64,000 nucleotides of DNA from Methanobacteriota archaeon (GCA_027064425.1 JAMOPO010000015.1:256001-320000); one strand, 5' to 3'. Shown: positions 1 to 10,330, counted from the first letter of the stretch. Notes: generated by a model not told the origin, from the sequence alone. Numbers and translations: made by a program.

Positions 1-935
1 GAGATATCAGGAGGATTACGGCCCCGACGATCAGGAGCGGGCCGGCGAGGAGATGGCCGAACAGGATCGGTAGCGGCGCGCCCGCGCATCGATCCCGGCG
101 GGTACGGCGAACAGCTGCAGCTGGACGAGGACCAGCCCGCGCGGCAGGGAGGCCGACCTGTAACGGTAAGCGCGGTGCGCGATCCGCCAGAACGCGAGCG
201 CCACGGCCGTCAGGGGGAGGAAGGCGACGAGGATGATGAGCGCGGCAGGGTCCAGCCGGTGACCTTCAGGCCGAGCTTCACGAGCGTTCTGGTCACCTTG
301 AGCAGCAGCTTCTTCAGGATCTTGGTCAGGAGCGCCTTGCCCGCCTTCTCACCGGCCTTGGCACCAACGGTACCCTTCTTCCCCTTCCCGCCGCCTAACA
401 GCGTCAGGGGGTGACAGCACGACCCACAGTCCCACGTGCTTCGGCTCAATGGCCTCCAGGTTTTGCCCGTACCCGGTCAGCACCCTCAGCCAGTGCTTCA
501 GGAGCTTCCGAACCACCCGCCGAGCTCGCGCGGGTGGACCGACCCGCACCTCCAGCCACGGCCAGCGCAGCCAGACGCCGTCTCGACGCCGCTCGACGAG
601 GGGGAACCTCCGGCTCTTCCTCAGAATCTTCCCGAGGTGCGGAGCAGCCGATCCTCGTCCCCATCCCGGGCGGCCAGGATCGCCTTGACACCATGGTACA
701 CCTTCCAGCTGCGGACCGGGAGTACAACGTGCCGCGGGTCCCGGAGGACCAGGACCAGTCGCACCTCCTCGGCCTCGTCCATCCGAGGGTGGAGCGAGCG
801 GTGCCGTTCCTTCACTTCGACGACGTCCTCCGGGCGCACCCGAACCGTCCCGTCCGCCCCGCTCACGACGATGCGCTCCGAGGATAACTTCACTCGAGAG
901 GAAAAGCCGGGGAGGACGCTGACCGCGCGAACCAC
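1..935 (-). pseudogene. Multiply frameshifted paralog of the orphan membrane protein at 1059-2261 (runs off the left window edge)
   Basis: Frame 621-935 (VRPEDVVEVK..RLVLVLRD..VVLPVR..VYHGVKAILAARDG.EDRL) matches 1059-2261 (VRLEDVVDLK..RLVLVTKD..VVLPVR..LYWGLKALLAARDGETDRL). Similarity continues after a shift near 640 (PLVERRRDGVWLRWPWLE vs PLAERRGGRVLLRWPWLE), with further shifts near 412, 255 and 85 into hydrophobic segments. Confidence 0.7.
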
Positions 936-1058
936 GCGTCCTTTCCCCGACCGACGCGGTCCCCGTCTCGGGTTACATCAAAACGGAAATAAAGCCGGCA
1001 CCGCTCGAGGCGCCCGGGCGCGGGGCCGCGGCCGGCCGGACCGGCCTGATACGCTCCG

Positions 1059-2261
1059 ATGAGCCGAGGGTCGAAGCGGCGCACCGTCGGCGGCGGGGGA
1101 GCCCGGTTGGTCGAGCCCATCCGCCCCGTCCCCGGCTCCTCCACCTGGGTGAAGCTCACCTCAGGGTGCGTGATCGTCCGCGAGCGCGGTACGACCCGCC
1201 GCGTGCGCCTCGAGGACGTCGTCGACCTGAAGGTCCGCCCGAAGCGGGGGCCGAGGACCTCCGATCCGATCCGGGAGGGGCGGCTCGTCCTGGTTACAAA
1301 GGATCTCGAGCGGGTCGTGCTGCCGGTCCGCGACAAGCGGCTGTACTGGGGCCTCAAGGCGCTCCTCGCCGCCAGGGACGGCGAGACCGATCGGCTGGTT
1401 AGGTACCTGACGGAGCTGCTGCGGATCGCGGGACGCCCGCCGCTCGCCGAGCGTCGAGGCGGGCGCGTGCTCCTCCGATGGCCGTGGCTCGAGCTGGAGC
1501 TGCCCGTCGAGCGGGCCGAGACCGTCTACCGCAGGCTGCTCTCCGAGTGGAGGGAGCTGCTGGAGTCCGACGAGTACGATCATGACCTGAGCCGGGAGGG
1601 CCGCCCGAGGTGGGTGGCCCTCTCCGTGCCGCTGGCACCTGCGGTGATGCTGGTGGGCGTTCACCGCAAGCTGGTCGCCCAGGCCAGTTCCGTCCTGGTG
1701 ATGGGGGCGAAGGTCGCGGTGAAGGGCCTTGGACGCGCGCTGGGACCGGGGATTTACCCGGCGCTCCGCGACGTGGGCGTCGGCCTGGTCTCCGCGCTGC
1801 CGTGGCTCGCGCTGTTCGCCTGCCTGTACTGGCTCTTGGCGCGCCGCCTACTCTCCACCGTGGATGACGAGCTGCTGAGGTTCATGCTGACGCAGAGGCT
1901 CGCGGGGATGGGAGCGGCCACGGGCCTCTGGTGCCTCCTGGCCCCGTTCGCCGCGAGGACGTACGCGCTCCCGGTCGCCGTGATCGCCGCCTGGGTGTCC
2001 GTGATTCCCGCCGTTCGGGCCGCGTCGGCGTGCCTTAAGGACCCGGAAAGGTTCGCGATCGCCATAACGGAGGTGGGAACGTGCGCGCGGCTGGCGTTCG
2101 CCGCGGGCGCGTGTGCCGCGCTGGCCGCCGCCGTGGTCGAGGGCCCGCTAGCGGGCGGCGTCGCGGAGCTGATCTCGGCGGTCGCGTACGCGCACGTCGT
2201 CTCGAACAGGGTGGAGGCCGCGTCCTGTTTGGCACGGAAAGTGTGGATCCCTGGCGGTTAA
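1059..2261 (+). CDS. Lineage-specific membrane protein: beta-rich (PH-like) N-terminal domain plus several C-terminal TM helices
   Basis: 400-aa ORF with plausible codon use, hydrophobic C-terminal half and a divergent paralog next door; true start may be slightly downstream. Confidence 0.7.
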   Translation: MSRGSKRRTVGGGGARLVEPIRPVPGSSTWVKLTSGCVIVRERGTTRRVRLEDVVDLKVRPKRGPRTSDPIREGRLVLVTKDLERVVLPVRDKRLYWGLKALLAARDGETDRLVRYLTELLRIAGRPPLAERRGGRVLLRWPWLELELPVERAETVYRRLLSEWRELLESDEYDHDLSREGRPRWVALSVPLAPAVMLVGVHRKLVAQASSVLVMGAKVAVKGLGRALGPGIYPALRDVGVGLVSALPWLALFACLYWLLARRLLSTVDDELLRFMLTQRLAGMGAATGLWCLLAPFAARTYALPVAVIAAWVSVIPAVRAASACLKDPERFAIAITEVGTCARLAFAAGACAALAAAVVEGPLAGGVAELISAVAYAHVVSNRVEAASCLARKVWIPGG

Positions 2262-2389
2262 CGGGCCGGTGGGACGGCGCGAGCGGGAAGTTAGGTCCGG
2301 ATCGGGGACGGTACCGCCTGCCGCCTTCCCTACGGAGTTCCAGCGCCGGCCGCCTTGAGTGACCATGAAATGCGGCCGGTAAGACCCTC

Positions 2390-4981
2390 CTACGGCGCCC
2401 CCAGCAGCGCCCAGGAGAGGAGGACGGCGACGAGCGCGTGCGTCATCCCGTGTACTGGAAGGCGTCCTGAGTTCATCACGCCGTAGAGCAGGGCGGCCAG
2501 CGGCCAGGGCGGCAGGGTCCAGAGGAGCAGTGCGTAGCCGAACTTCTCGGTCGCGGGCAGGACGATCGTGGTCGGAAACGCGAGCCAGTAGCCCGGATCG
2601 AGCCACCGATCCCGGCCGTGCCAGAGCGTGTCGAGGAGCACGTAGACGAACGCGGCAACCTCCGGCGAGCCCGTGAGCTCGGCGACCCGGTGCATCGCGA
2701 TCGTGTCCACCACGGGAGCCACGGCGCAGTAGAGAGCGCGCTCCGAGAGCTCCTCCGCCCAATCCTCCACGCCGGTCGCGGGGGCCGGGAGGCCCACCAC
2801 CGGCAGGGCTAGCTCCAGCAGCGGCCGGACGAGGAGTGGCAGGAGGATCCTTCCGAGGAATTCCTCAAGCAGCCCGACGGGCGCGTAGTAAGCAACGGCC
2901 GTCAGGAGCGGGCCGACCAGGCCCAGGGAGCGTGACCTCTCGGCGAGGGGCCTGAGCGTTTCGTGCAGCCAGAGCTCGAGCGTCACCAGTGCGAGGTCGA
3001 TGGGCAGCGCGCACACCGCCGCCAGCGTGTCGGGCGCGACCGCGAGCCACGGTGCCCTCAGGACGGCGCACGCCGGCTCCGAGAGCGGGTCACCCGGGCA
3101 CGGTACGAACCCGACACCTGGGAACCTCTGCCTCCACTCGAGCCACCAGGAAATCAGCCGCGGTATCGGCGCGCCCACGGGGTTAGCGGCCATGCTAACG
3201 CCCTCGTCAACGAACCGCCTGAACGGGTGATCTTCGGGAAGCTCGAAGACGACGAGGACCGGGTGCGAACCCTCCAGCGAGTGTACAACCACTCCCCCGA
3301 CCCTCCCTCCCAGCCGCTCCACCTCCTCGGCCCGCCTCTTGATCTCCTTGACCACCTGAGGGTCGCTCACCACTCGAGCCCGGAACTCGGGCCGCCCCGC
3401 GCTGAAGTCGATCCGCACGGTGAGCTCCAGGATGCCGTCCTCGCCCGGGATGGCGCAGTAGTAGCGGAGGACGCACCCCCGTTCCGAGAGCTCAAACGCC
3501 GCGTCGATCGGGGAAGCAATCGGCGGGACGAGAGTGGCGACCCGGTCCGGGGCTACGTACGCCCGAGCCGAGTCGCCCTCGAGGACGTACACGATCGGAC
3601 CGAGGTCCGTGACCGGCGCGACCAGGTACGTGCGCTCCGCGTGGTATACGAAATAACAGCTGAGGTAGTCTCCGACGAGGATCACGGCCGGGTCCGGAAG
3701 CCGGAGACTCCGGACTAAGCTCCACAGGGACAGCGACAGCTGAGGGGACGGGCCGACCGTGAACGAGTCGTCCTCGGGCCGGTACGTGCAGGTGTACGAC
3801 CTCCCCGTAGGTTCCACATACACCGTCACGTGCGCACCTTCGGCGAGCTTCTGGAGTGCCTGCTCGCGCCACTTGCACAGCAGCTGGTAATCATCGTACA
3901 GGCCGCCAGTCACCGTCGCCGCCGAGGCGGGAGTCGCCGCGACGAGCGGCAGCGCGAGTAAGACTAACGCCGCGAGTCGCCGAAGCCCCCGGATCCCTCG
4001 TCGCCCTACGGGCGGGAAGGGCAGGAGTTGCAGTGCTGGCCCGCCTTGCTCGCCTCGCCGCCACCGTGACTCCGGGAATCGGATGTTGGGGTGCTCGCGC
4101 AACACCTTCCGCAGCTCCGCCTCGCCTCCGGGCCAGACCTGTACCGCCCGGTTAATCACCTCCATAACCGGATCCTGCCAAGGTGGCCGAAAGCGAGCGT
4201 ATAGGGGCCGCACCTCCGCGGGCATTCTCAGAACGCCTACCCGGACGAGCAGGCTACGCACCAGCGCGAACCGGGCCAGGCGGTGCAGGAGGCGTGGGTC
4301 CCGGCTCACGGTCCTGGAAACGAGGATGCGCCCTTCGCGCGGCAGGAACGTGATCGTGTACACGATGACACGGTCCGGCGGAGGCGTCGGTGCGAGAGTC
4401 TTCGGCACCGGCCGGCCCAGGACCCGGAAGACGACTCGGTCGGGGTACACGACGTACTCCACCGCCTCTCGCAGCATGTCCTGCATCTCCACCGATTTCC
4501 TGGCGATCTCGCGGTCACCCTTCAGGATGACCGCCTCGTAGGGAGGCATCTGGCCCGACTGCGAGATCCGGAGCTCGCAGACGATGCCGTCGAGCAGCGC
4601 CGCGATCAGGTCCGGCCAGGCGTCCACGACCGCGGGCCCGCGCACGTTCAGCGACGCTGACACCTGGAACCCGTTCGCGGTTGCCACTACCCTCACGCAT
4701 CCGGGCCCAACCTCCACCTCGGGGCGCCCGAAGGCCAGGAACACGTCCCTGTCCGGGAGGTAGGTGACGTCGCACGTTGACGCGTCCTCCGAGTCCACAT
4801 AAATTAAAGGGCCGTCCGGCGAGTACGCAGCCACCCACCGTTGGAACACCTCGGATCGCACGTACTTCCAACCGAACCACCAGTCGTCGATCGAGCTCCC
4901 CTGGAGCAGGGGTCGACCCGCGACTGGACTCACTGCCAGCAGGACGCCCAGCACCGCGAGGAGCTCCACGCGCCGGATCAC
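2390..4981 (-). CDS. Secreted/membrane orphan protein; apparent fusion of two tandem paralogs, with a C-terminal CPBP (Abi/CAAX protease)-like domain
   Basis: 863-aa ORF with an N-terminal signal peptide and a second internal signal-like segment (RRLAALVLLALPLVAATPASA); C-terminal TM region contains EELSER, DTLWH and HGMTH motifs. Confidence 0.65.
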   Translation of the reverse strand: MIRRVELLAVLGVLLAVSPVAGRPLLQGSSIDDWWFGWKYVRSEVFQRWVAAYSPDGPLIYVDSEDASTCDVTYLPDRDVFLAFGRPEVEVGPGCVRVVATANGFQVSASLNVRGPAVVDAWPDLIAALLDGIVCELRISQSGQMPPYEAVILKGDREIARKSVEMQDMLREAVEYVVYPDRVVFRVLGRPVPKTLAPTPPPDRVIVYTITFLPREGRILVSRTVSRDPRLLHRLARFALVRSLLVRVGVLRMPAEVRPLYARFRPPWQDPVMEVINRAVQVWPGGEAELRKVLREHPNIRFPESRWRRGEQGGPALQLLPFPPVGRRGIRGLRRLAALVLLALPLVAATPASAATVTGGLYDDYQLLCKWREQALQKLAEGAHVTVYVEPTGRSYTCTYRPEDDSFTVGPSPQLSLSLWSLVRSLRLPDPAVILVGDYLSCYFVYHAERTYLVAPVTDLGPIVYVLEGDSARAYVAPDRVATLVPPIASPIDAAFELSERGCVLRYYCAIPGEDGILELTVRIDFSAGRPEFRARVVSDPQVVKEIKRRAEEVERLGGRVGGVVVHSLEGSHPVLVVFELPEDHPFRRFVDEGVSMAANPVGAPIPRLISWWLEWRQRFPGVGFVPCPGDPLSEPACAVLRAPWLAVAPDTLAAVCALPIDLALVTLELWLHETLRPLAERSRSLGLVGPLLTAVAYYAPVGLLEEFLGRILLPLLVRPLLELALPVVGLPAPATGVEDWAEELSERALYCAVAPVVDTIAMHRVAELTGSPEVAAFVYVLLDTLWHGRDRWLDPGYWLAFPTTIVLPATEKFGYALLLWTLPPWPLAALLYGVMNSGRLPVHGMTHALVAVLLSWALLGAP

Positions 4982-5188
4982 CCGGTCGCCCCAGGCCGCC
5001 GGTTCCGTGAGCCGGAGAGAAAAACGCTTCCGGTGAGATAACTTCCCGCCCGCCCGGTGTTGCAGCGTTCTTTCCGGCCCTTCGAGGACCGACTTCAGTG
5101 AGCTCCCGCCCTGATCACAGCCGGCGGAAGTGCGGCGGGAGGGGGTGGTAAAGCCGGCTGAAGGGTTGGCCCCTCGCTCCTTATCCGT

Positions 5189-8100
5189 CTACTCCAGCTC
5201 CCTCCTGATCTCCTTGACCCGCTCGATCGTCTCCTCGTCGGTCCTCCAGTAACCGCGCTCGTGGGCCTCGATTAGCCGGTCGGCGATCTCCCGGAGCGCG
5301 GCCGGGTTGAGCTCCTTCATGCGCTCTCTCGTCTCCTCGTCGAACAAGTACTCGCGGGCGACGCCCTCCCAAACCCAGTCCTCGACGGTGTCAGTCGTGG
5401 CGGCGAGACCGACGAGGTGCTCGACGCGCTTGGCGATCTCTCGGCACCCGTCGTAGCCGTGTTTCAGCATCTCTCGCTTCCACTTTTCATTCAGGAGTCG
5501 AGAGGCGGCGCCGGAGCGGACGACGGTCTGCAGGTCCTGGACCTCGGGATCCTCACCGGAGCAGGAGTCGATAACGTAGGCCTCGGCGTCCTCGGCGGCC
5601 GCGGTCAGCCCGCCGAGGAACTCGTAGTAGTGGTCGAGGTCGATGATGTCGTAGGAGCGGTGCGAGCGGACCTGGGCGGTCACGTCCTGCCGGCCGGCCA
5701 CGGTCTCGAAGAGCTCGCGGGCCTCCTCGCCGTGGATCTTCTCACCGTACGCGTAGCCCATGTCGCTGAGGTAGGCGTCGATCAGCTCGGCCTCGTCGTC
5801 CCAGTCCGAGGACTCGACCTTGGAGCGCATGTTGTCGGCCGCGTAGAGGTCGGGCCTCGGGCCGAACACGCGGGCCTCGGGGTGCTCGTGGCCCTGCTCG
5901 CGGAGCTCCCGGACGTGCTTCCTCACGGGGTTCACGTCCTCGGGCTCGTCGAGCTCCGCGACCTTCCGCACGGCTCGGTCGATCAGCTCGACCACGTTGG
6001 GGAACGTGTCCCGGAAGATCCCGCACATGGTGACGACGACGTCCACCCGCGGCCGACCCAGCTCCTCGGCGGGGACGGGCTCAACGTCGATCACGTTGCC
6101 GGCGTCGTCGCGAACGGGCCGGACGCCGAGCAGCTCGAAGATCATCGCGACGGTCTCGCCGCCCGTTTGCATCGTCTCGAAGGCCCAGAGGACGAGGCCC
6201 ACGGTCTCCGGGTACTCGCCGTGCTCCTCCCGGTAGCGCTCGAGCAGCTCCTTCACGGCCTTACGGGCGCGCTCCTCGGCCTCGGGGGTGGGGATCCGCC
6301 GCGGGTTGAGGGAGGTGAGGTTCCGGCCGGTGGGCACGACCTCGGGGTTCCGCTCGATCTCGCCGCCGGGGGATGGCTCGAGGTAGCGGCCGCGGAGGGC
6401 GCGCGCGAGGGATTCGGTCTCGCGCTCGTAGGACTCGACCAGCCCGTCGACGAGCTCCCGGACGGCGTCGGGGTCCGAGGACGCCTCCGAGAGTCGGTCG
6501 CGGCCCTCCTCGACGTACTCTCGGACGATCTCGACGGCCTCGTCCCGGTCGGTGGCGAGCAGGTCCCGGGACTCAGCGTAGCTCACGGCCGTCTCGGCGA
6601 CCAGCTCGGGGTCCGGGTCCGCGCCCACGACGTGCAGCCCGCACGGGATCCGGTCCCGCAGCGCCCGGCGGACCATCGCCTCCACCGCGCCCACGAACGC
6701 GTCGTCATCTTCGATCTCGAGCTCTATCCCGGCGGCCTCGACGACCTCGCGGAGCTCCTCCACGTCCGCCCGGCCCTCGCGCACGTCCTCGCAGAGGCGC
6801 AGGAGGTCCCGGTACCCCTCCAGCTCGGGGTCCGCCAGCGGCGGGTGCAGGTGGGAAACCGTGTACGCGTACGCCCGGTGCTTGGCGATCGCGGCCTCGG
6901 ACGGGTTGTTCACGTTGTACAGGTACACGTGCGGGAGCGGCGTGATAAGCAGGTCCGGGAAGCAGGACTCCGAGAGCCCCTTCTCCTTGCCCGGCAGGAA
7001 CTCCAGGGTCCCGTGCGTGCCGAAGTGCAGGATCACGTCCGCGCCCCACTCGCGCCGCAGCCACTCGTAGAAGCACACGTAGTGGTGCGTGGGCGGCGTG
7101 TCATCGTGGTACGACTCCTCGGACTCGTGGTACCCCCGCGTCGGCTGGAAGCCGACGAACACGTCGCCCAGGTCCAGCCCGAAGATCGGGAGCGCGCCGT
7201 CCACGACCCGTGGGTCCTCCTCCGGCTCTCCCCAGGCCTCGAGCACGCGCTCCCGCGCCTCCTTAGGCAGCTCCTCAAACCACTCCCGGTACCGCTCGAG
7301 CGGGACCTCGTCTACCCTCGGCACGTCCTCCGGGCGCCGATGCTGCAGGTCCGGGTTCCCCAGTCGCCGCAGCGCGTCGTCCGTGACCCGGTCCAGGTCC
7401 ACCCTCAACCCCAGCTCGTCCCGCAGCAGCCTCAGCACGTTCCTGAGGCTCGAGAACGTGTCCAGGTAGGAGGCCTCGCCCACGTTCTCCTCGCCCGGCG
7501 GGTAGTTGTACAGGATGATGGCCACCTTCTTCGGGCCGCGCTGGCGTAGCTCCAGCCACCGGCGCACCAGCTCCGCCGCCCGCTCCACGTTCTCCTCGAT
7601 CGGCTCCATCGCGTGGAGCGGTACGTCCTCGAACCGGCCCACCTCCGCCTGACACGCGACCGGAGGCAGGAAAATGGCGGAGTCCAGCTCCGGGAGGGAC
7701 ACGTTGATCAGCAGGCTCAGCGGGTCCATCCCGAACTCGCTCTCCTCCCACTCCTCCCGGTCCAGGTACCAGACCTGCGGAGCAACGAAGTAGGGCACGT
7801 CCCACCGTCGCAGCAGCTCGATCCCCCGCTCCACTTGACCACCTATTGGCCCGCCCACGAGCCGGAAGCAGGTCAGGGCGACCACCGCGTCCGGTCGCTC
7901 GTCCTCGAAGAACCGGGTCAGCGTGCCGTACGCGTCCACCGAGCAGTACGCACCGACGGCGCCCAGCCCCTCCTCCCGGAGCGCCTCGATGACCGCGTCC
8001 ACGTGCTCCAGGTTCCCGTTCGCGTAAAAGAACTTGTAGAACGTGACCGGGACGAGCGTCCCGTACTCCTCACGCAGCTCCCCCAGGAAGTCCTCGTCCA

Positions 8101-8704
8101 CCAGCCCCCGCTCCGGGTCGTAGAGCGCCCGGCCCGGGATCTCGCGCGGCGGATCCGGCCTCCGGACGTCCGCGTTCGCGAGCTCCCGCGCAAGGTACAG
8201 CAGCAGGTTCTCCACGTTCTCCGCGCCTCCGTAGTCCCAGTAACGGAACGCGCGCATCGCGATTTTCAGCCGCTTCAGCGCCCCGAACCAGCCCATCTTC
8301 TCCGCGAACTTGGCCCCGCGCTCCAGCGCCTCGTCCATGCGCACGCCGGACAGGTTGTCCTTCCGACGCTCCATCATCCGGGCGAAGAACCGGAAGAGCC
8401 GGCTCCTTTCCAGCCCCAGGCTCTTGAACGAGGCCCGCATGACCTCGAAGCAGGAGTGAACCGCGACGAACGGCGTCTCCTCCGCGAGCGCGTCCAAGTC
8501 CACCGCCTCAGCCGTGGCCGAGTCCATCACGTTCAGGACCGCGAAGTCGGCCTCCCGCATCGCCTCCACGAACTCCTCCGACCGCTCGCGCAGGTCCCAC
8601 GCGTAGAACATGCGAACGTCAATCTCGCCCTTCAGGCGCTCCGCGGCCTTGGCCACGCTGAGCGAGTACGGCTGGTGCCCAACCACGACGACCGCTTTGA
8701 CCAC
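5189..8704 (-). CDS. cobN: CobN/magnesium chelatase H-subunit family protein
   Basis: 1171 aa; motifs HFGTHGTLEFLPGK, PTGRNL, RPRVDVVV, SEAAIAK. Confidence 0.92.
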   Translation of the reverse strand: MVKAVVVVGHQPYSLSVAKAAERLKGEIDVRMFYAWDLRERSEEFVEAMREADFAVLNVMDSATAEAVDLDALAEETPFVAVHSCFEVMRASFKSLGLERSRLFRFFARMMERRKDNLSGVRMDEALERGAKFAEKMGWFGALKRLKIAMRAFRYWDYGGAENVENLLLYLARELANADVRRPDPPREIPGRALYDPERGLVDEDFLGELREEYGTLVPVTFYKFFYANGNLEHVDAVIEALREEGLGAVGAYCSVDAYGTLTRFFEDERPDAVVALTCFRLVGGPIGGQVERGIELLRRWDVPYFVAPQVWYLDREEWEESEFGMDPLSLLINVSLPELDSAIFLPPVACQAEVGRFEDVPLHAMEPIEENVERAAELVRRWLELRQRGPKKVAIILYNYPPGEENVGEASYLDTFSSLRNVLRLLRDELGLRVDLDRVTDDALRRLGNPDLQHRRPEDVPRVDEVPLERYREWFEELPKEARERVLEAWGEPEEDPRVVDGALPIFGLDLGDVFVGFQPTRGYHESEESYHDDTPPTHHYVCFYEWLRREWGADVILHFGTHGTLEFLPGKEKGLSESCFPDLLITPLPHVYLYNVNNPSEAAIAKHRAYAYTVSHLHPPLADPELEGYRDLLRLCEDVREGRADVEELREVVEAAGIELEIEDDDAFVGAVEAMVRRALRDRIPCGLHVVGADPDPELVAETAVSYAESRDLLATDRDEAVEIVREYVEEGRDRLSEASSDPDAVRELVDGLVESYERETESLARALRGRYLEPSPGGEIERNPEVVPTGRNLTSLNPRRIPTPEAEERARKAVKELLERYREEHGEYPETVGLVLWAFETMQTGGETVAMIFELLGVRPVRDDAGNVIDVEPVPAEELGRPRVDVVVTMCGIFRDTFPNVVELIDRAVRKVAELDEPEDVNPVRKHVRELREQGHEHPEARVFGPRPDLYAADNMRSKVESSDWDDEAELIDAYLSDMGYAYGEKIHGEEARELFETVAGRQDVTAQVRSHRSYDIIDLDHYYEFLGGLTAAAEDAEAYVIDSCSGEDPEVQDLQTVVRSGAASRLLNEKWKREMLKHGYDGCREIAKRVEHLVGLAATTDTVEDWVWEGVAREYLFDEETRERMKELNPAALREIADRLIEAHERGYWRTDEETIERVKEIRRELE

Positions 8705-8932
8705 GCGATGGCCCCGTCCGAACCGCCCAGCCTAGGCTAATAATCATTTCACACAGAGCCACCGGATGGTAAGAGGTAGTGACAGAACGAAAGGTTATCG
8801 TCTGAGCCGCACTGGCGCGGCCCCGGCGTTCACGCTCGGCGATCACTTCTAGGAGATGAAAAACACTCTACCTCACGATCGTACCGGTTCCACCTCCCCC
8901 GTGGCCACGGGTCCTGCGGGGACCGCGGGCCG

Positions 8933-9629
8933 ATGGAGCCTCTGACGCTGGCTCTGCTCGCCCTCCCCGGGGACCCGGGCGACTTCACAGGCCCGATTCT
9001 TGAGCACCCCGAGGTGCTCTTGGCCAAAGGGAGGGCGGGAGGGGGCGGGAAGGTAGCGGTGAAAGTATTCATAAAGCTCCTTCGGGCGCTCAGAAAGCGT
9101 AGGCTCTCAGAGCTCCACGAGCTCTACCCGGAGTGGTGGGGAGTCTGGAGATACGGTTCCGCCGCCCCCTACTGGAAGGTCCGACTGTACTGCCAGACGG
9201 TCTACCCGCCCCTCCTGGCCTCCTTCGCGGCCCCTTTTCTCCGCGGGGTTAATCCTCCTCATGCCGTGCCGGCTCGGCGTCGTCGAGGAGGTCTGGGGGT
9301 GCGTGTCTGGAACGTCGCTTATCGCCGCCGTCACTGGGGTCCTCCCTGAACTGATGGTGACGGGCGAAGCCGTCAGGGACTATCTGGACATCGCGTTCAA
9401 GGGAGGAACCACGCAGGACCGCATCTTCGCCTTCAAGATGTGGGGAGTTTGCAGCCTCGTGTTCGCGTTGGCCATGTATGCGGTAATCGCAATCATGGTT
9501 TACCGAGAAACCAGGGACCATCCCCGAGACTTCCCCCTGCCCGTCCGGGTCTCGTGGCTGGTAACGCTGGCCATCCCGCTGATCATGGGGCTCTGGACCT
9601 TGTGGTGGGGTTTGTGGGTGGTAAGTTAG
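8933..9629 (+). pseudogene. Orphan membrane protein split by a +1 frameshift at the C4T4 run (9231-9238)
   Basis: ORF 8933 (MEPLTLALLAL..HPEVLLAKGRAGGGGKVAVK..) loses hydrophobic character after 9235, whereas the +1 frame reads PLFSAGLILLMPC.. and continues into the TM-rich ORF 9261-9629. Confidence 0.6.
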
Positions 9630-9674
9630 GGGCAAGCCTCCCCGGTCGACTGAACGCGGGTCGGAGGTCACGAG

Positions 9675-10330
9675 GTCGACCCCCTGACGCTGGCGCTGCT
9701 CGCTACCCGGGGACCGGACGTCTTCGGCCCCGTCCTCGAGCATCCCGAGACGCTCCTAGCCGAAGGAAGCAGGGATGGCGGTGGCCGAGGCGTCGGCGGC
9801 AGGGCCGGGGCCAGGCTCTTCCGGGGAGCTTTCCCGGGGCGCTCAAGGGGCGCCGGTTTCGGGGACATCACTTCAGGCTGGAGCGCGAGCGGCTGCTGAT
9901 CCTGTACCGGAGGGTGAGGCTCTGGCGACTCCCGTGATGTTCCTCGCGTTCGTCGCCTTCCCGGGGCTGGCCGACGTCCTGGAGCGTGAGGACGGTCCGA
10001 CCTCGTGCTTCTACGCCCTGATCTCGGCGATCCTCCTCCAATTCGGACTCGGGGTTGAGGTGTCGGAGATGGAGGAGGCCGTCAAGGTCTTTTCGGGCGC
10101 CGTGCTCGCCGGCAAGGGTCCCAAAGACTGTCTCCGCGCCTTCCGAGGGCACGGCGTTCACGGCGTAAGGCTCGTGATGAGGGTGTACTCGGTGCTCTCG
10201 GCGCTGCTCGTGGTGGTGCTGACCTGGACGCTGCTCGGGAGGGTCAAGAGCCGGGCCCTCCTGCTGGCGTTGCTGACGACGACCGTGATGCTTATCCCGG
10301 TGGATACCGGCCCGAGCCCGTGCCGCTCCG
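9675..10330 (+). pseudogene. Degenerate tandem paralog of 8933-9629
   Basis: GTC GAC CCC CTG.. reads VDPLTLALLATRGPDVFGPVLEHPETLLAEG, matching MEPLTLALLALPGDPGDFTGPILEHPEVLLAKG; no valid start codon after the GGAGG at 9663; at least two frameshifts (~9830, ~9930); 3' end approximate. Confidence 0.6.

Noticed and set aside
968-995. GGTTACATCAAAACG resembling the tRNA-trailer dyad
   Set aside because: Spacer too short; more likely the promoter region of the divergent paralog pair.
5040-5185. Possible C/D sRNA or other structured RNA downstream of cobN (minus GTGATCA...CTGA)
   Set aside because: Only one imperfect C-like box and one D box; no second pair at the right spacing.
8729-8752. AGCCTAGGCTAATAATCATTTC upstream of cobN as a metal-regulator operator
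   Set aside because: Single short dyad with no second copy in the window; not supportable.
9232-9238. C CCT TTT as a -1 programmed frameshift site
   Set aside because: The downstream coding frame is +1, not -1.
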